The notes: a model not told the origin generated them from the sequence alone. Counted from the stretch's first letter, positions 46,453 to 56,241 are shown. The stretch: 59,441 nucleotides of DNA from a virus (IMGVR_UViG_3300032305_002284:1-59441); one strand, 5' to 3'. Numbers and translations: made by a program.

Positions 46453-46839
46453 ATGAACGCAAATAACATTGTTCTGTTTCCGCAAAGAGACAACCCTCGA
46501 AATATAATGCCTCAAACCATTGAGGAAGTAATCGAGAACATGGATGATGTTAGACAAGTTCATATACAAGAATCACTTGAAAATATGATGCCAATGTTGT
46601 TTGATAGACTATCTTTGGCAGGATTTAATCTTGATGATGAAGATCCCAATATTACCAAACATGGTGCATTAGTAGTTGAAGCGGTGAGATCATTTCTATG
46701 TAAAGTATATGGAATGGAACATCCGCTTCAAATTATTGCCAATAATCTATTTGAGACTGATGATGATGGCAATCTAAGTATAGCCGAAAACATAAGAATA
46801 ACTATAACTAACAATAGTGAAACCGAAACAAAGGATTAA
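46453..46839 (+). CDS. Hypothetical protein
   Basis: Promoter upstream (TTGACA...TATAAT); NNIVLFP start. Confidence 0.65.
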   Translation: MNANNIVLFPQRDNPRNIMPQTIEEVIENMDDVRQVHIQESLENMMPMLFDRLSLAGFNLDDEDPNITKHGALVVEAVRSFLCKVYGMEHPLQIIANNLFETDDDGNLSIAENIRITITNNSETETKD

Positions 46840-46843
46840 TTAA

Positions 46844-47698
46844 GTGATTATTCTTGACCTGAGTCAAGTTATGCTAAGTAATATTATGGTTCAACTTGGT
46901 AATCATACCAATGCACAAGTTGAAGAAAATATGGTTCGCCATATGGTTTTGAACTCAATTCGTATGTATAAGACCAAATTTGGTTCAGAGTATGGTGAAT
47001 TTGTTATTGCTTGTGATAACAAGAACTATTGGCGCAAGCAACTTTTTCCCTACTATAAAGCAAACCGCAAGAAGTCTCAAGCAGCATCCGAACTTGATTG
47101 GAAGGCTATTTTTGAATGCCTGAATAAGATTCGTGGTGAACTTAAAGAACATTTCCCGTACCGAATTATTGATGTTGAAAGTGCAGAAGCTGATGATATT
47201 ATTGGCACTCTTTCCATCGAGTTTGGTAATACGAATGAAAAGATCCTGATTCTGTCTGGTGATAAAGACTTCCAGCAACTGCAGCGTTATATCAATATTC
47301 GGCAGTATAATCCTGTGCTGAAGAAGTTCATTACATGCAACGATCCAGATAAGTTTCTTGCGGAACATATTTTAAAGGGTGATGCCGGCGATGGAATTCC
47401 TAACATTCTTTCTGACGACAATTGCTTTGTATTGGGCAGCCGCCAGAAGCCGATGACACAAAAGAAGATGGATGATCTAATTAATCTTGGTCTTGACGGC
47501 AAACTGGATCATCCAAACTTCCGCAACTACGTACGAAATAAGCAACTTATTGACTTGACTCAAGTGCCTGAAGGTATTAAACTTCAGATCCTTGAGAGTT
47601 ATGATGAACAAGCAAACAAGAAGAGTTCTAATTTGCTTAACTATTTTATTGCAAATCGTCTTAAAAATCTAACCGAATCTATACAGGACTTTACATAA
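46844..47698 (+). CDS. rnh: T4 RNase H (5'-3' exonuclease)
   Basis: WRK..FPYYKANRK, EADDII, SGDKDF.QL, GDAGDGIPN. Confidence 0.95.
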   Translation: MIILDLSQVMLSNIMVQLGNHTNAQVEENMVRHMVLNSIRMYKTKFGSEYGEFVIACDNKNYWRKQLFPYYKANRKKSQAASELDWKAIFECLNKIRGELKEHFPYRIIDVESAEADDIIGTLSIEFGNTNEKILILSGDKDFQQLQRYINIRQYNPVLKKFITCNDPDKFLAEHILKGDAGDGIPNILSDDNCFVLGSRQKPMTQKKMDDLINLGLDGKLDHPNFRNYVRNKQLIDLTQVPEGIKLQILESYDEQANKKSSNLLNYFIANRLKNLTESIQDFT

Positions 47699-48115
47699 AT
47701 GAAACTTGGGATTGCAGAAATTCTTTCAAAGGCATCAGCTATTACTGATGATGCCGCAAGGATTGGTTATCTTCGTCAGAATCAATCTACCACGCTACAT
47801 ATGATTCTTCGTGGTGCATTTGATCCTACAATCAAATGGGCATTGCCTGAAGGTAATCCTCCATATAAGCCGAATGATCTAGTTGACCAACAACATCGAC
47901 TATTCACCGAAGCACGTAAGTTGTATTTGTTTGTTGAAGGTGGTAGTCCAAATCTTAAACAACTGCGCAGAGAAACATTGTATGTTGAATTGCTTGAGAC
48001 AGTCGATCCAGAAGATGCAAAACTTCTTCTAAAAATAAAAGACAAGCAATTACCCTATCCAGGTGTAACACTCGACATTGTCAATCAAGCGTTTCCCGGA
48101 CTCATCAATGTCTAA
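47699..48115 (+). CDS. Conserved T4-like hypothetical protein
   Basis: FDP.IKW.LPEG.PPY...RRETLYVELLE. Confidence 0.7.
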   Translation: MKLGIAEILSKASAITDDAARIGYLRQNQSTTLHMILRGAFDPTIKWALPEGNPPYKPNDLVDQQHRLFTEARKLYLFVEGGSPNLKQLRRETLYVELLETVDPEDAKLLLKIKDKQLPYPGVTLDIVNQAFPGLINV

Positions 48116-48278
48116 AAGCAAGCCTAAGAACTACAATACTCGTCGTGATGATTATGAAGATTATGATGATTATAGGGCGGTCAAGAAAGATCGCAAGGAA
48201 AAGAAGTTAAAGAACTTGTTTCGGTCAAAGAATGTCCATCGGATTGTGGATGCATATGAAGATGAGGAGTATGAATAA
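48108..48278 (+). CDS. Small hypothetical protein
   Basis: Coupled ORF, highly charged. Confidence 0.5.
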   Translation: MSKSKPKNYNTRRDDYEDYDDYRAVKKDRKEKKLKNLFRSKNVHRIVDAYEDEEYE

Positions 48279-48472
48279 TGGATAATAATGAAGAAACTGA
48301 AAAGCTTATTGAATCTGGTGTGGCAACGATTTACGGTGGACTTTATAAGTATCGTCAGGCAGCTGAATATCGAAAAGAATATGAAGCAATGAGTACATTG
48401 ATCATTATGTTACAAGAAGACCGCAAGTATTTACTGAACAAGTACAAGGACAAGATCAATGCCGTCTTATAA
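48278..48472 (+). CDS. Hypothetical protein
   Basis: TAATG coupling; gaggag RBS. Confidence 0.55.
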   Translation: MDNNEETEKLIESGVATIYGGLYKYRQAAEYRKEYEAMSTLIIMLQEDRKYLLNKYKDKINAVL

Positions 48473-48701
48473 CTTCAAAAATATAAATACCGGTGAGGAA
48501 TGGACTACTATTATGTCCAATACTGAAAGGGAAGAGTTCCTCGAGCAAAATAAACACATTCAACAACAGTTGAATAGTGCTCCTGCTTTAGGTTATTCCA
48601 TTGTCACCAAGAAACCTGATGCCGGCTTTAGAGATCGTTTAAAAGAGATAAAAAAAGCGCATTCTAAAGGCTTCAGTAGGAGTACTGTCAACACTTTCTA
48701 A
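48459..48701 (+). CDS. Conserved small protein (FmdB-like, Cys-less)
   Basis: MPSYNFKN..TGE...KPD.GFRD.L..IKK. Confidence 0.6.
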   Translation: MPSYNFKNINTGEEWTTIMSNTEREEFLEQNKHIQQQLNSAPALGYSIVTKKPDAGFRDRLKEIKKAHSKGFSRSTVNTF

Positions 48702-48713
48702 TAAGAGAGATGC

Positions 48714-49475
48714 ATGCCAGCAAAGATAACTCGTAAGCAACGTCGTGCGGCCAGACAAAATAATGAAGATATAGTCGAGGTTGAACAAAAAGAAAAGTTC
48801 AATCTTAAACTTAAACAAATAAATCCTCTCACAGACAATCAACGAAATGCTTTTGCTGCTTATGAAGATGGTCAACATCTTTTATTAGCAGGTACTGCCG
48901 GAACAGGTAAATCATTTTTAGGCATATATCTTGCCTTGAATGATATTATTCATAATGAGACTGAACAAAAATTGGTGATAGTTCGCTCAGTAGTTCCAAC
49001 AAGAGATGTCGGATTTCTACCTGGTTCCGCTAAAGACAAAGCAGCTGTATATGAAGCTCCATATGCGGCTATATTTTCTGAATTATTTAGTCGTGGCGAT
49101 GCTTATGAGTATTGTGCTAAAAAAGCTATAGTAACATTTATGACATCATCATTTATTCGTGGCATTACAATCAATAATGCTATTATAGTAATAGATGAGA
49201 TGCAGAATATGACTCCGGGTGAACTACATTCTATCTTCACTCGTGTTGGTAAGAACTGTCGTGTTGTATTTGCTGGCGATTTAAAGCAAAATGATCTTAC
49301 CACAAAGAAATATGAGCAGTCAGGCTTTAAAGATTTCTTTGCTATCTTAAATAATATGAAATCATTTACAACTATTGAATTTACATCTCAAGATATTGTC
49401 AGATCTGGGCTAGTAAAAGAATACATTCTTACTCGTGAGCGTCTTGAAGATAAAGGTATTGTTGATCCACTATAA
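48714..49475 (+). CDS. phoH: PhoH-like ATPase
   Basis: GTAGTGKS, GFLPG, RGIT, IDEMQN, TRVG, GD..Q.DL, DIVRS. Confidence 0.95.
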   Translation: MPAKITRKQRRAARQNNEDIVEVEQKEKFNLKLKQINPLTDNQRNAFAAYEDGQHLLLAGTAGTGKSFLGIYLALNDIIHNETEQKLVIVRSVVPTRDVGFLPGSAKDKAAVYEAPYAAIFSELFSRGDAYEYCAKKAIVTFMTSSFIRGITINNAIIVIDEMQNMTPGELHSIFTRVGKNCRVVFAGDLKQNDLTTKKYEQSGFKDFFAILNNMKSFTTIEFTSQDIVRSGLVKEYILTRERLEDKGIVDPL

Positions 49476-49572
49476 ATGGTTGACAATACCAATGATCCAT
49501 TATATAATAGTCTTGATATTATGTGGAAACAATATATTATGAATGTAATTGCCCTTACAAGGAAATAATTCA

Positions 49573-50319
49573 ATGAGATATAGATCAGTTTTTATTTCCG
49601 ATTTACATCTCGGGACCAGTTCCTGTAAGCATGAGTCATTGTTATCTTTTCTAAAAGAACTTAAAAATAACCCACCCGATAGTCTCTATTTGGTGGGTGA
49701 TATTTTGGACCTATGGAAGTTAGGTGCCGGTGGTACTTGGTCTGAAGCTGATAATGCTGTATTAAAATCTATTTTGGATTTATCTCGTCAAGGAATAAGA
49801 GTATACTACATTTCAGGTAATCATGATGATGTATTGAGAAAACTACCACAGTTTTTTATGTTTAATGAAATACCACTATATGAATCAATCTCTTTTGTAA
49901 GTAAAGATGGAAGACGATTCCTTATAATACACGGTGATCAATATGACAAGTTCATTAATAATCATAAGTTGCTAGGTATTATTGGCTCGTTTATCTATGA
50001 TGCAACTACATATCTGAACAAGGTATTGTTTTATATCCAAGATAAATTTGGTCGACCACATTGGTCATTATCACAATATTTAAAACAAAAAGCAAAAGCA
50101 TTTACACATGTAATAGATGTGTTTGAACATTCAATGTCTGAATCCATTAAAGCAGAAGGCTATAATGGCGTTATCTGTGGACATATACATTTTCCAAAAA
50201 TACTTGAACAAGATCAATTCCAATATATGAATTGCGGGGATTGGACGGAGAATTGTTCTGCCATCGTTGAGCATGATGATGGAACATTTCACATTTTATA
50301 TCATAAGGAACATCCGTGA
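49573..50319 (+). CDS. LpxH-like calcineurin-family metallophosphoesterase
   Basis: FISDLHLG, LVGDILD, GNHD, HGD, CGHIH, NCGDW. Confidence 0.85.
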   Translation: MRYRSVFISDLHLGTSSCKHESLLSFLKELKNNPPDSLYLVGDILDLWKLGAGGTWSEADNAVLKSILDLSRQGIRVYYISGNHDDVLRKLPQFFMFNEIPLYESISFVSKDGRRFLIIHGDQYDKFINNHKLLGIIGSFIYDATTYLNKVLFYIQDKFGRPHWSLSQYLKQKAKAFTHVIDVFEHSMSESIKAEGYNGVICGHIHFPKILEQDQFQYMNCGDWTENCSAIVEHDDGTFHILYHKEHP

Positions 50320-50534
50320 AATATTATTGTTTTGACACTTGGAAGACAGACCCGGTTGTTGATTCATATGTTGAGGTTATGTCTGAGCAGGAAATACTTG
50401 ATGAATATTGGCCACATTGGTATAATCAAATGTGCAAAAAATTTGGCAAAGAAACTGTAGATGAAATCTATTCTGCTGATGACTGTATTGACGATTGGTG
50501 TGCCATAAATTGGGCTTGGTTGGCTAAAGACTAA
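50316..50534 (+). CDS. Hypothetical protein
   Basis: EIL.EYW..W...M...CIDDW...NWAW. Confidence 0.6.
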   Translation: MKYYCFDTWKTDPVVDSYVEVMSEQEILDEYWPHWYNQMCKKFGKETVDEIYSADDCIDDWCAINWAWLAKD

Positions 50535-50549
50535 TATAAGGATTATATT

Positions 50550-50822
50550 TTGATGAGTGACAATATGACTGTTGGCGTAACAATAACACGAGCAATAGGA
50601 ACCAAATGTTCTCGTTGTTGGAAGGTTCTGGAAGAAGTGGGGTTCTGTTCTGATCACAAGGATCTTTGTTTTCGTTGTGTTGGTGTAGTAGAACCAAGTC
50701 TTTCAATTTATGAATTAGCACCTATGCGATTTGATTGGTTATACAAATCTTATCTTGTGGACGGTTACACAAAAGAGCAAGCAATCCAGAAAGCAGGGCA
50801 TATGAATAGGATCCATGGTTGA
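50550..50822 (+). CDS. Small protein with IleRS C-terminal-type zinc finger
   Basis: A.GTKCSRCWK...VG...H.DLCFRC. Confidence 0.65.
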   Translation: MMSDNMTVGVTITRAIGTKCSRCWKVLEEVGFCSDHKDLCFRCVGVVEPSLSIYELAPMRFDWLYKSYLVDGYTKEQAIQKAGHMNRIHG

Positions 50823-51268
50823 TGAATTGGCACCAATATTTTCTCGGCATGGCTGAATACGTAGCCACAAAATCAAAAGATACTACAAAAATGGGCTGTG
50901 TTATTGTGGGACCAAACCATGAAATCCGCACAACAGGTTATAATGGCTTTTGTAGAGGAGTTGACGATAGTGTTGAGTTGAGGTATAATAAACCTGAGAA
51001 GTATTATTGGGCTGAACATGCTGAACGTAATGCTATATACAATGCAGCCAGAAATGGAATACCACTAGAAGGAACTACTGCTTATATTAGTTCAAATGTA
51101 CCACCATGTGCGGATTGTACAAGAGCACTTATTCAGTCTGGAATAGTTCAAATAATAACTAGACCAATGACAAATGATAATCCCAAATGGCAAGAGTCAT
51201 TTGAACGTAGTCGTGAAATGATGGCTGAAGCAAGAATAGATTTTGGAATATATTATGGAGATGTATAA
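50822..51268 (+). CDS. cd: dCMP deaminase
   Basis: TGYNG, HAERNAI, PCADC. Confidence 0.92.
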   Translation: MNWHQYFLGMAEYVATKSKDTTKMGCVIVGPNHEIRTTGYNGFCRGVDDSVELRYNKPEKYYWAEHAERNAIYNAARNGIPLEGTTAYISSNVPPCADCTRALIQSGIVQIITRPMTNDNPKWQESFERSREMMAEARIDFGIYYGDV

Positions 51269-51910
51269 ATGTTCAAATACGATCTATTAACATTTCCAAA
51301 ACTTACAAGAGTAGATGGACCTAATGGCAGGTTCTATAGAACACCCGATGGTGATTTCAAGTCAGTAACAACAATTCTATCCGAACGACTTGATCACTCT
51401 GCTATAGATGCATGGAAGCAAAGAGTAGGACCTGAAGAAGCCAATAGAGTATCACAACAAGCATCAAGACGCGGCACTGCTATTCATAATCTTGCTGAGC
51501 AATATTTACTGAACAATAAAGACTATGCCAAAGGTGCGATGCCTATTAATGTGCAAACATTCAGCTCTATTAGATCTATTTTGGATAAGAATATTGGAAC
51601 AATCTATGGAATAGAAGCACTACTTTATTCTAGACTATTACAAGCAGCAGGTACCGCTGACCTATTAGCACAATATAATGGGATAAATTCTATTATAGAT
51701 TTTAAAACTTCAAAGCGTATCAAGACTGAAGATCAGATCGAGTCATATTTTATTCAAACAGCCGCTTATAGTTTGATGGCAGCAGAGCACTCTAACTATA
51801 ACTTCCCGCAAATTGTGATTCTGATGATGGTGGATAACGAAGACCCACTTATATTCACCAAGAAGGCTCGTGATTATTTTCCACGTGTCAAGGAAGTTTT
51901 TATCAGCTAA
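51269..51910 (+). CDS. PD-(D/E)xK exonuclease (RecB/Cas4-like fold)
   Basis: SVTTIL, RGTAIH, AGTAD, IIDFKTS, Q..AY. Confidence 0.85.
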   Translation: MFKYDLLTFPKLTRVDGPNGRFYRTPDGDFKSVTTILSERLDHSAIDAWKQRVGPEEANRVSQQASRRGTAIHNLAEQYLLNNKDYAKGAMPINVQTFSSIRSILDKNIGTIYGIEALLYSRLLQAAGTADLLAQYNGINSIIDFKTSKRIKTEDQIESYFIQTAAYSLMAAEHSNYNFPQIVILMMVDNEDPLIFTKKARDYFPRVKEVFIS

Positions 51911-51992
51911 CCTAACGAAAAGTTAACAAATCTATCGTTGACCTGACCCTGGTTTTTTGGTATAATCCACTCATAGACAAAGGGATACAAAC

Positions 51993-52145
51993 ATGACCGT
52001 TTCCGAACTGATGGCCATCCTTAGCACTTGCGAACCCGATGCTAAGGTATATACCCTGAATATGATTTCTGGGGAATATGTTACTCCCCATATCGAAATC
52101 GACGAGGTCGAGGACGGTGACGTGCTCATCGATTGCGGCGACTAG
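51993..52145 (+). CDS. Small acidic hypothetical protein
   Basis: Follows module 1 and an aaggga RBS; MTVSELMAILSTC.PDA.V. Confidence 0.65.
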   Translation: MTVSELMAILSTCEPDAKVYTLNMISGEYVTPHIEIDEVEDGDVLIDCGD

Positions 52146-52242
52146 GTTACCAAAAGTTAACAAATCCTTCGTTGACAACACCTCATAAACCTGGTATAAT
52201 CCACTTATCAACCGGCCAATGGCCACAAACAGGAGATACCAA

Positions 52243-53106
52243 ATGCCTAGAGGAGTTTACGCTCGCAAAGGTACTAAATCTGCAGTCAAGGCGCAAATGG
52301 ATCGGCTGCTTAACGTGCAGTCGACTCCTCTTGTTGTTGAGACTGACGAAGAGATCGAGGCTCGTCTCCGCGAACGATTTGAGGTTCTTGCCGAGATGAC
52401 TGACATGGCAATTGCTGGTGATGCTCGTGCCATGATCGTGTCCGGTCCCGCCGGTCTCGGCAAGTCTTTCACTGTTGAGACTGCTCTTAACTCTTGGGAT
52501 CCGGATGGTGTTAACCATCGCATTGTCAAGGGTTACGTCCGTGCCCCTGGTCTCTTCAAGCTTCTCTATGCTCACCAGAATGCTGGTCAGGTTCTGGTGT
52601 TCGACGACGCTGACGAAGTGTTCCTTGACGATACGGCTATTAACTTGCTTAAGGCGGCCTGTGATACTTCCGACCGTCGTATCATCTCTTATATTACTGA
52701 GGCGACTCTTATTGACGAAGAGACTGCAGAGCGCCTGCCCAAGGAGTTTGAGTTCAAGGGTACTATTATCTTTATCACCAACTACGACTTCGACCGTATG
52801 ATTGACGGTGGTTCCAAGATTGCTCCCCACCTCGAGGCTCTTGTGTCTCGTGCGCACTACATTGACCTCAGCATGAAGAACCGCCGTGACTATATGATTC
52901 GCATCCGTCAAGTCATCAAGGACGGTCTCTTGTCTGGTCGTGGTCTCACCGAACTCGAGCAGTTTGAGGTTGTTCAATTCTTGGAGACTAATCAGGACAA
53001 ACTTCGTGAGTTGTCCTTGCGTATGGCACTAAAGGTTGCAGACCATCGCCGTAAAGGTGGTGACCGGTGGAAGGTTCGTGCAAAGATCGGTTGCTGCCGG
53101 TCTTGA
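52243..53106 (+). CDS. AAA+ ATPase
   Basis: GPAGLGKS, LVFDDAD, IIFITN, ALVSR; caggag RBS. Confidence 0.85.
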   Translation: MPRGVYARKGTKSAVKAQMDRLLNVQSTPLVVETDEEIEARLRERFEVLAEMTDMAIAGDARAMIVSGPAGLGKSFTVETALNSWDPDGVNHRIVKGYVRAPGLFKLLYAHQNAGQVLVFDDADEVFLDDTAINLLKAACDTSDRRIISYITEATLIDEETAERLPKEFEFKGTIIFITNYDFDRMIDGGSKIAPHLEALVSRAHYIDLSMKNRRDYMIRIRQVIKDGLLSGRGLTELEQFEVVQFLETNQDKLRELSLRMALKVADHRRKGGDRWKVRAKIGCCRS

Positions 53107-53350
53107 GACTAGTTGACTTGATACCAACGACCGTTTACCAGCATATGGGTGGGTATTGACCAAGGTACCGATCCTAAGTGCTGGTAAGCGGTTGTGCAGT
53201 TATGCGGAATTCCGTTATAACTCAACGGCTTAAGTCTGGTTTCGACACCAAATTTAACAAGCGACTGACGTGGTAAAAAGTCAACTAACTCAACGGTTTA
53301 GCAGCTCTGCGAAACTTAGGTACCTGGGAAAACACGGCGTCTGGTGACGG
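53107..53350 (+). other. Structured non-coding element A
   Basis: Shares sequence blocks with 56425-56645; inverted repeats. Confidence 0.55.
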
Positions 53351-53430
53351 ATTACCAATTTGTAATAATTTCTTGGTTGACATCGACCGCCATCCATGGT
53401 ATAATCCACTTATAAACAGGAGAGACAAAC

Positions 53431-53697
53431 ATGAGCATGAAGCAAGAAATTCTGGACTATATCGACGAAGCAATTCAAGAATGTGATGAACAACTCCAGC
53501 ATGCATTTAAACCTGAGAATATTCTTCAGGATTGGGCCGAAATGGATATTCGCTCTTCAATGCAGCGCAAGCTTGATTTAGTAAAGTTCCGTGTTTCATT
53601 TGAAAGTGGCGGGGCCCCTAAGGGTAAGGTTGCTTTTGAAACATATTCCAGGATCATGTGTGAGGCGGTGGAGACCATCACCTCGTTTGAGGATTAA
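53431..53697 (+). CDS. Hypothetical protein
   Basis: Promoter module and RBS upstream. Confidence 0.7.
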   Translation: MSMKQEILDYIDEAIQECDEQLQHAFKPENILQDWAEMDIRSSMQRKLDLVKFRVSFESGGAPKGKVAFETYSRIMCEAVETITSFED

Positions 53698-53774
53698 CAA
53701 TTTGTAATAATTTCTTGGTTGACAGCCACCTCCATCCATGGTATAATCCACTTATAAACAAAGGGATACATCAT

Positions 53775-54014
53775 ATGACCTACAAAGTTCGTGAATATAC
53801 CTGCCGTGTCCGTGAAGCAGTTGATGAACATCTCCTGAATAAGGATATGCTTATTGATATGATGCTTCAATGGATGTCAGAATCCGATGTGAAGGCCATG
53901 TGTGAGGTCAATGATATTTGTCTTGATGATGAGGAAGAAGAGGATGAGGCTGAAACGGCTACGCTATCGGATCTCGAGAACCCTGACTCGGTCTACAGCC
54001 GCTACCATTACTGA
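53775..54014 (+). CDS. Acidic hypothetical protein
   Basis: Promoter module and RBS upstream. Confidence 0.7.
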   Translation: MTYKVREYTCRVREAVDEHLLNKDMLIDMMLQWMSESDVKAMCEVNDICLDDEEEEDEAETATLSDLENPDSVYSRYHY

Positions 54015-54094
54015 GGTTAACGCTTTGTAATAATTTAGTCGTTGACAGCGGCCCTATGGCCTGATATAATCCACTTATAAACAGGAGACAAGAC

Positions 54095-54247
54095 ATGCAG
54101 CTGACTATGGAACAAGCTTTCAAGACGGATCTGGCAATGCTGATCAGCGCTTATATTACGCAGGGTCTAAAGCCCGGTGTCATAGAGGAAGAACTTTATA
54201 AGGCCACCGACGATCTATTTGCGTGTGATGAAGAGCCGGATGAATAA
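54095..54247 (+). CDS. Small hypothetical protein
   Basis: Promoter module and caggag RBS upstream. Confidence 0.65.
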   Translation: MQLTMEQAFKTDLAMLISAYITQGLKPGVIEEELYKATDDLFACDEEPDE

Positions 54248-54303
54248 CGGCAGTGGTATGATACTTCCGCTGAGTTGATCTAATAGATAACAGGAGAGAG
54301 AAG

Positions 54304-54378
54304 ATGCAGTACACGATCCGTGATATTCTCGTTGGTCTAGCCGTGGGTATTACTCTCGGCGCTCTTGCATTCATTTGA
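54304..54378 (+). CDS. 24-aa single-TM peptide
   Basis: caggag RBS; MQYTIRDILVGLAVGITLGALAFI. Confidence 0.5.
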   Translation: MQYTIRDILVGLAVGITLGALAFI

Positions 54379-54393
54379 TAGGAGACTAGATCT

Positions 54394-54693
54394 ATGTCCC
54401 GTAAAACCATTTCTATTGCTGCCACTATCATCGAGTTCAATAAGACACTTCGTGTCAGCACATGTACTCCTGACATTCGTAGGGGTATCATGAATGCCAT
54501 GGAGCATATCTTGCACAGCACTGATAACTATTGTGGGTTCCGGTACTTGACTACTCCTGAGGTGCCGACCGATCAATTGCCTGGTATTAATATTGACGAG
54601 AATGGAGATTTCTATCCAGACTCGCCGCACAAGCGATTCGAAAATACGGATGAAACTCGTCGTGTATATCATCTTCCGGCTAGTCTAAAGTAA
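54394..54693 (+). CDS. Hypothetical protein
   Basis: aggag RBS; E.ILH.T.NY.GF.YL. Confidence 0.7.
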   Translation: MSRKTISIAATIIEFNKTLRVSTCTPDIRRGIMNAMEHILHSTDNYCGFRYLTTPEVPTDQLPGINIDENGDFYPDSPHKRFENTDETRRVYHLPASLK

Positions 54694-55406
54694 TGAATAG
54701 TACCAGGAGCAAAATATATGATCCTATAGTTTGGAATGTTCTTCAACAAATAGATCTATATGATCATAATGCATCTAATCTTTATAAAACCAATCCCCAT
54801 ACTGATAACACTGTTGAACTTGTAAAAGAGCAACTGAGGTATGATATAAAGTATAAAAGCAAGCGATGACTGTTAATTCTCTTCATAGTATAATTAGAAA
54901 TAAACCTATATTCCAGGCTGGGGATAAAGTCAGAGATCAATTCTATTACAAGGAACAAAATCAAGTCAGTGATCTCGTCAGAGGTAATCTTTATGGTCGA
55001 GTACTTGTTTTAATAAAAGCACAACTTAAAGATGATCTATCATGACTGATATTAGAGATCAAGTCTATAGGCAAGTCTGCGATCAAGTCTTTAATCAAGT
55101 CTATAATCATGTCGAGAATAATAAAGTCTGGAGTCAAATCCGGAATCAAGTCTGTAATCAAGTCTGTAATCAAGTCTATATCCAAGTCTCTGGTCAAGTC
55201 TATATGCAACTTGAAGAAGATCTAGTGTAATGACTACTATTAGAGATCAAGTCCATATTCAACAAGTCTATAATCATGTCAATAGTCAAGTCAGTAGTCA
55301 AATCCGGAACCAAGTCTGGAGTCAAATCCGGAACCAAGTCTTGGGTCAAGTCTCTAATCAAGTCTCTAATCAAGTCTATAATCAAGTTAAAGAAGATCTA
55401 TTGTAA
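54693..55406 (+). repeat. Four coupled ~60-aa related ORFs (54693-54869, 54866-55045, 55042-55230, 55230-55406); the last two carry 12-nt (xxQV) repeats
   Basis: caagtc recurs every 12 nt; shared C-terminal Q(L/V)xxD(L/I). Confidence 0.7.
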
Positions 55407-55682
55407 ATCCTATACTAAAGGAAGGATTTATCCTTCTAAGGAAGGACATGCCCTTCTAAATCGCAACTAATTAATTGGTAACGTATTGTGACATATATGG
55501 AGAGTGGTTCTGTGGATCTGACGAATTAGGTCATAACCATTGACATATAATAGGTCATAGAGTCTGTCCTATTTTCTTCCGCCGGATTAACAAAAGTTAA
55601 CAAATCTGTGGTTGACATCGGTACCGATCTGTGGTATAATCATCTTATAAACAAGGCCAATGGCCATACAGGAGATAAACAG

Positions 55683-55928
55683 ATGAGCAACTATCCCAAC
55701 ATGTCTTATTGCGCCTTCGAGAACACTGCCGCTGCTATTCGCCAATTGATTGGCATGCTCGGTGATGCTATTGATGAAGGTGAGCCTCGCGAGATGTCTA
55801 GTTACCAGGAACAGCGTGCATTCAATGAGATGCATGAGCTGATCCAATCCTTCCAGGAGACTCTCGATCAGTACAATGAGCACTTCCCGGACGGTGAGGA
55901 TGAGGAGACTGAGACTGAGGAAGGTTAA
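55683..55928 (+). CDS. Hypothetical protein
   Basis: NMSYCAFENT; promoter module upstream. Confidence 0.7.
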   Translation: MSNYPNMSYCAFENTAAAIRQLIGMLGDAIDEGEPREMSSYQEQRAFNEMHELIQSFQETLDQYNEHFPDGEDEETETEEG

Positions 55929-56003
55929 CGCTTTGTAATAACTTAGTGGTTGACAGCCGTGCCTAAGCTTGATATAATCCAACTGTAGACAAAAGGATAC
56001 ATC

Positions 56004-56228
56004 ATGGACACCAATGACACCTGGTCCGCTCTGGAAGTTTTCGGCCACTCTAGGATCTCTTATGAAGTGGTGGCTGAGGCTGCTGATGTTTGGAATGTTA
56101 CATATGAGGTCGCTCAGCGCTGGATCCGGAATCAGTTGAACTCCGAGGCTAATCTTGAGGGTGTGAGTCTTCGGATCAATACTCTTCCCGATGGTCGGCT
56201 TGACATCTACCTTCGAAAGTACACCTGA
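56004..56228 (+). CDS. Hypothetical protein
   Basis: Promoter module and RBS upstream. Confidence 0.65.
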   Translation: MDTNDTWSALEVFGHSRISYEVVAEAADVWNVTYEVAQRWIRNQLNSEANLEGVSLRINTLPDGRLDIYLRKYT

Positions 56229-56241
56229 AAGGATAGCCGAT

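Noticed and set aside
52183-52977. 264-aa antisense ORF and other long antisense ORFs (e.g. 5545-6147, 56932-57459)
   Set aside because: They lie opposite well-supported genes and lack RBS or motifs; explained by codon bias.
54693-55406. Diversity-generating retroelement
   Set aside because: No reverse transcriptase in the window and no template/variable repeat pair differing only at adenines.
54991-55470. Alternative-frame ORFs (DLIT repeats on the minus strand; KSxx repeats at 55276)
   Set aside because: Shadows of the 12-nt repeat; the QV frame has coupled starts and stops.
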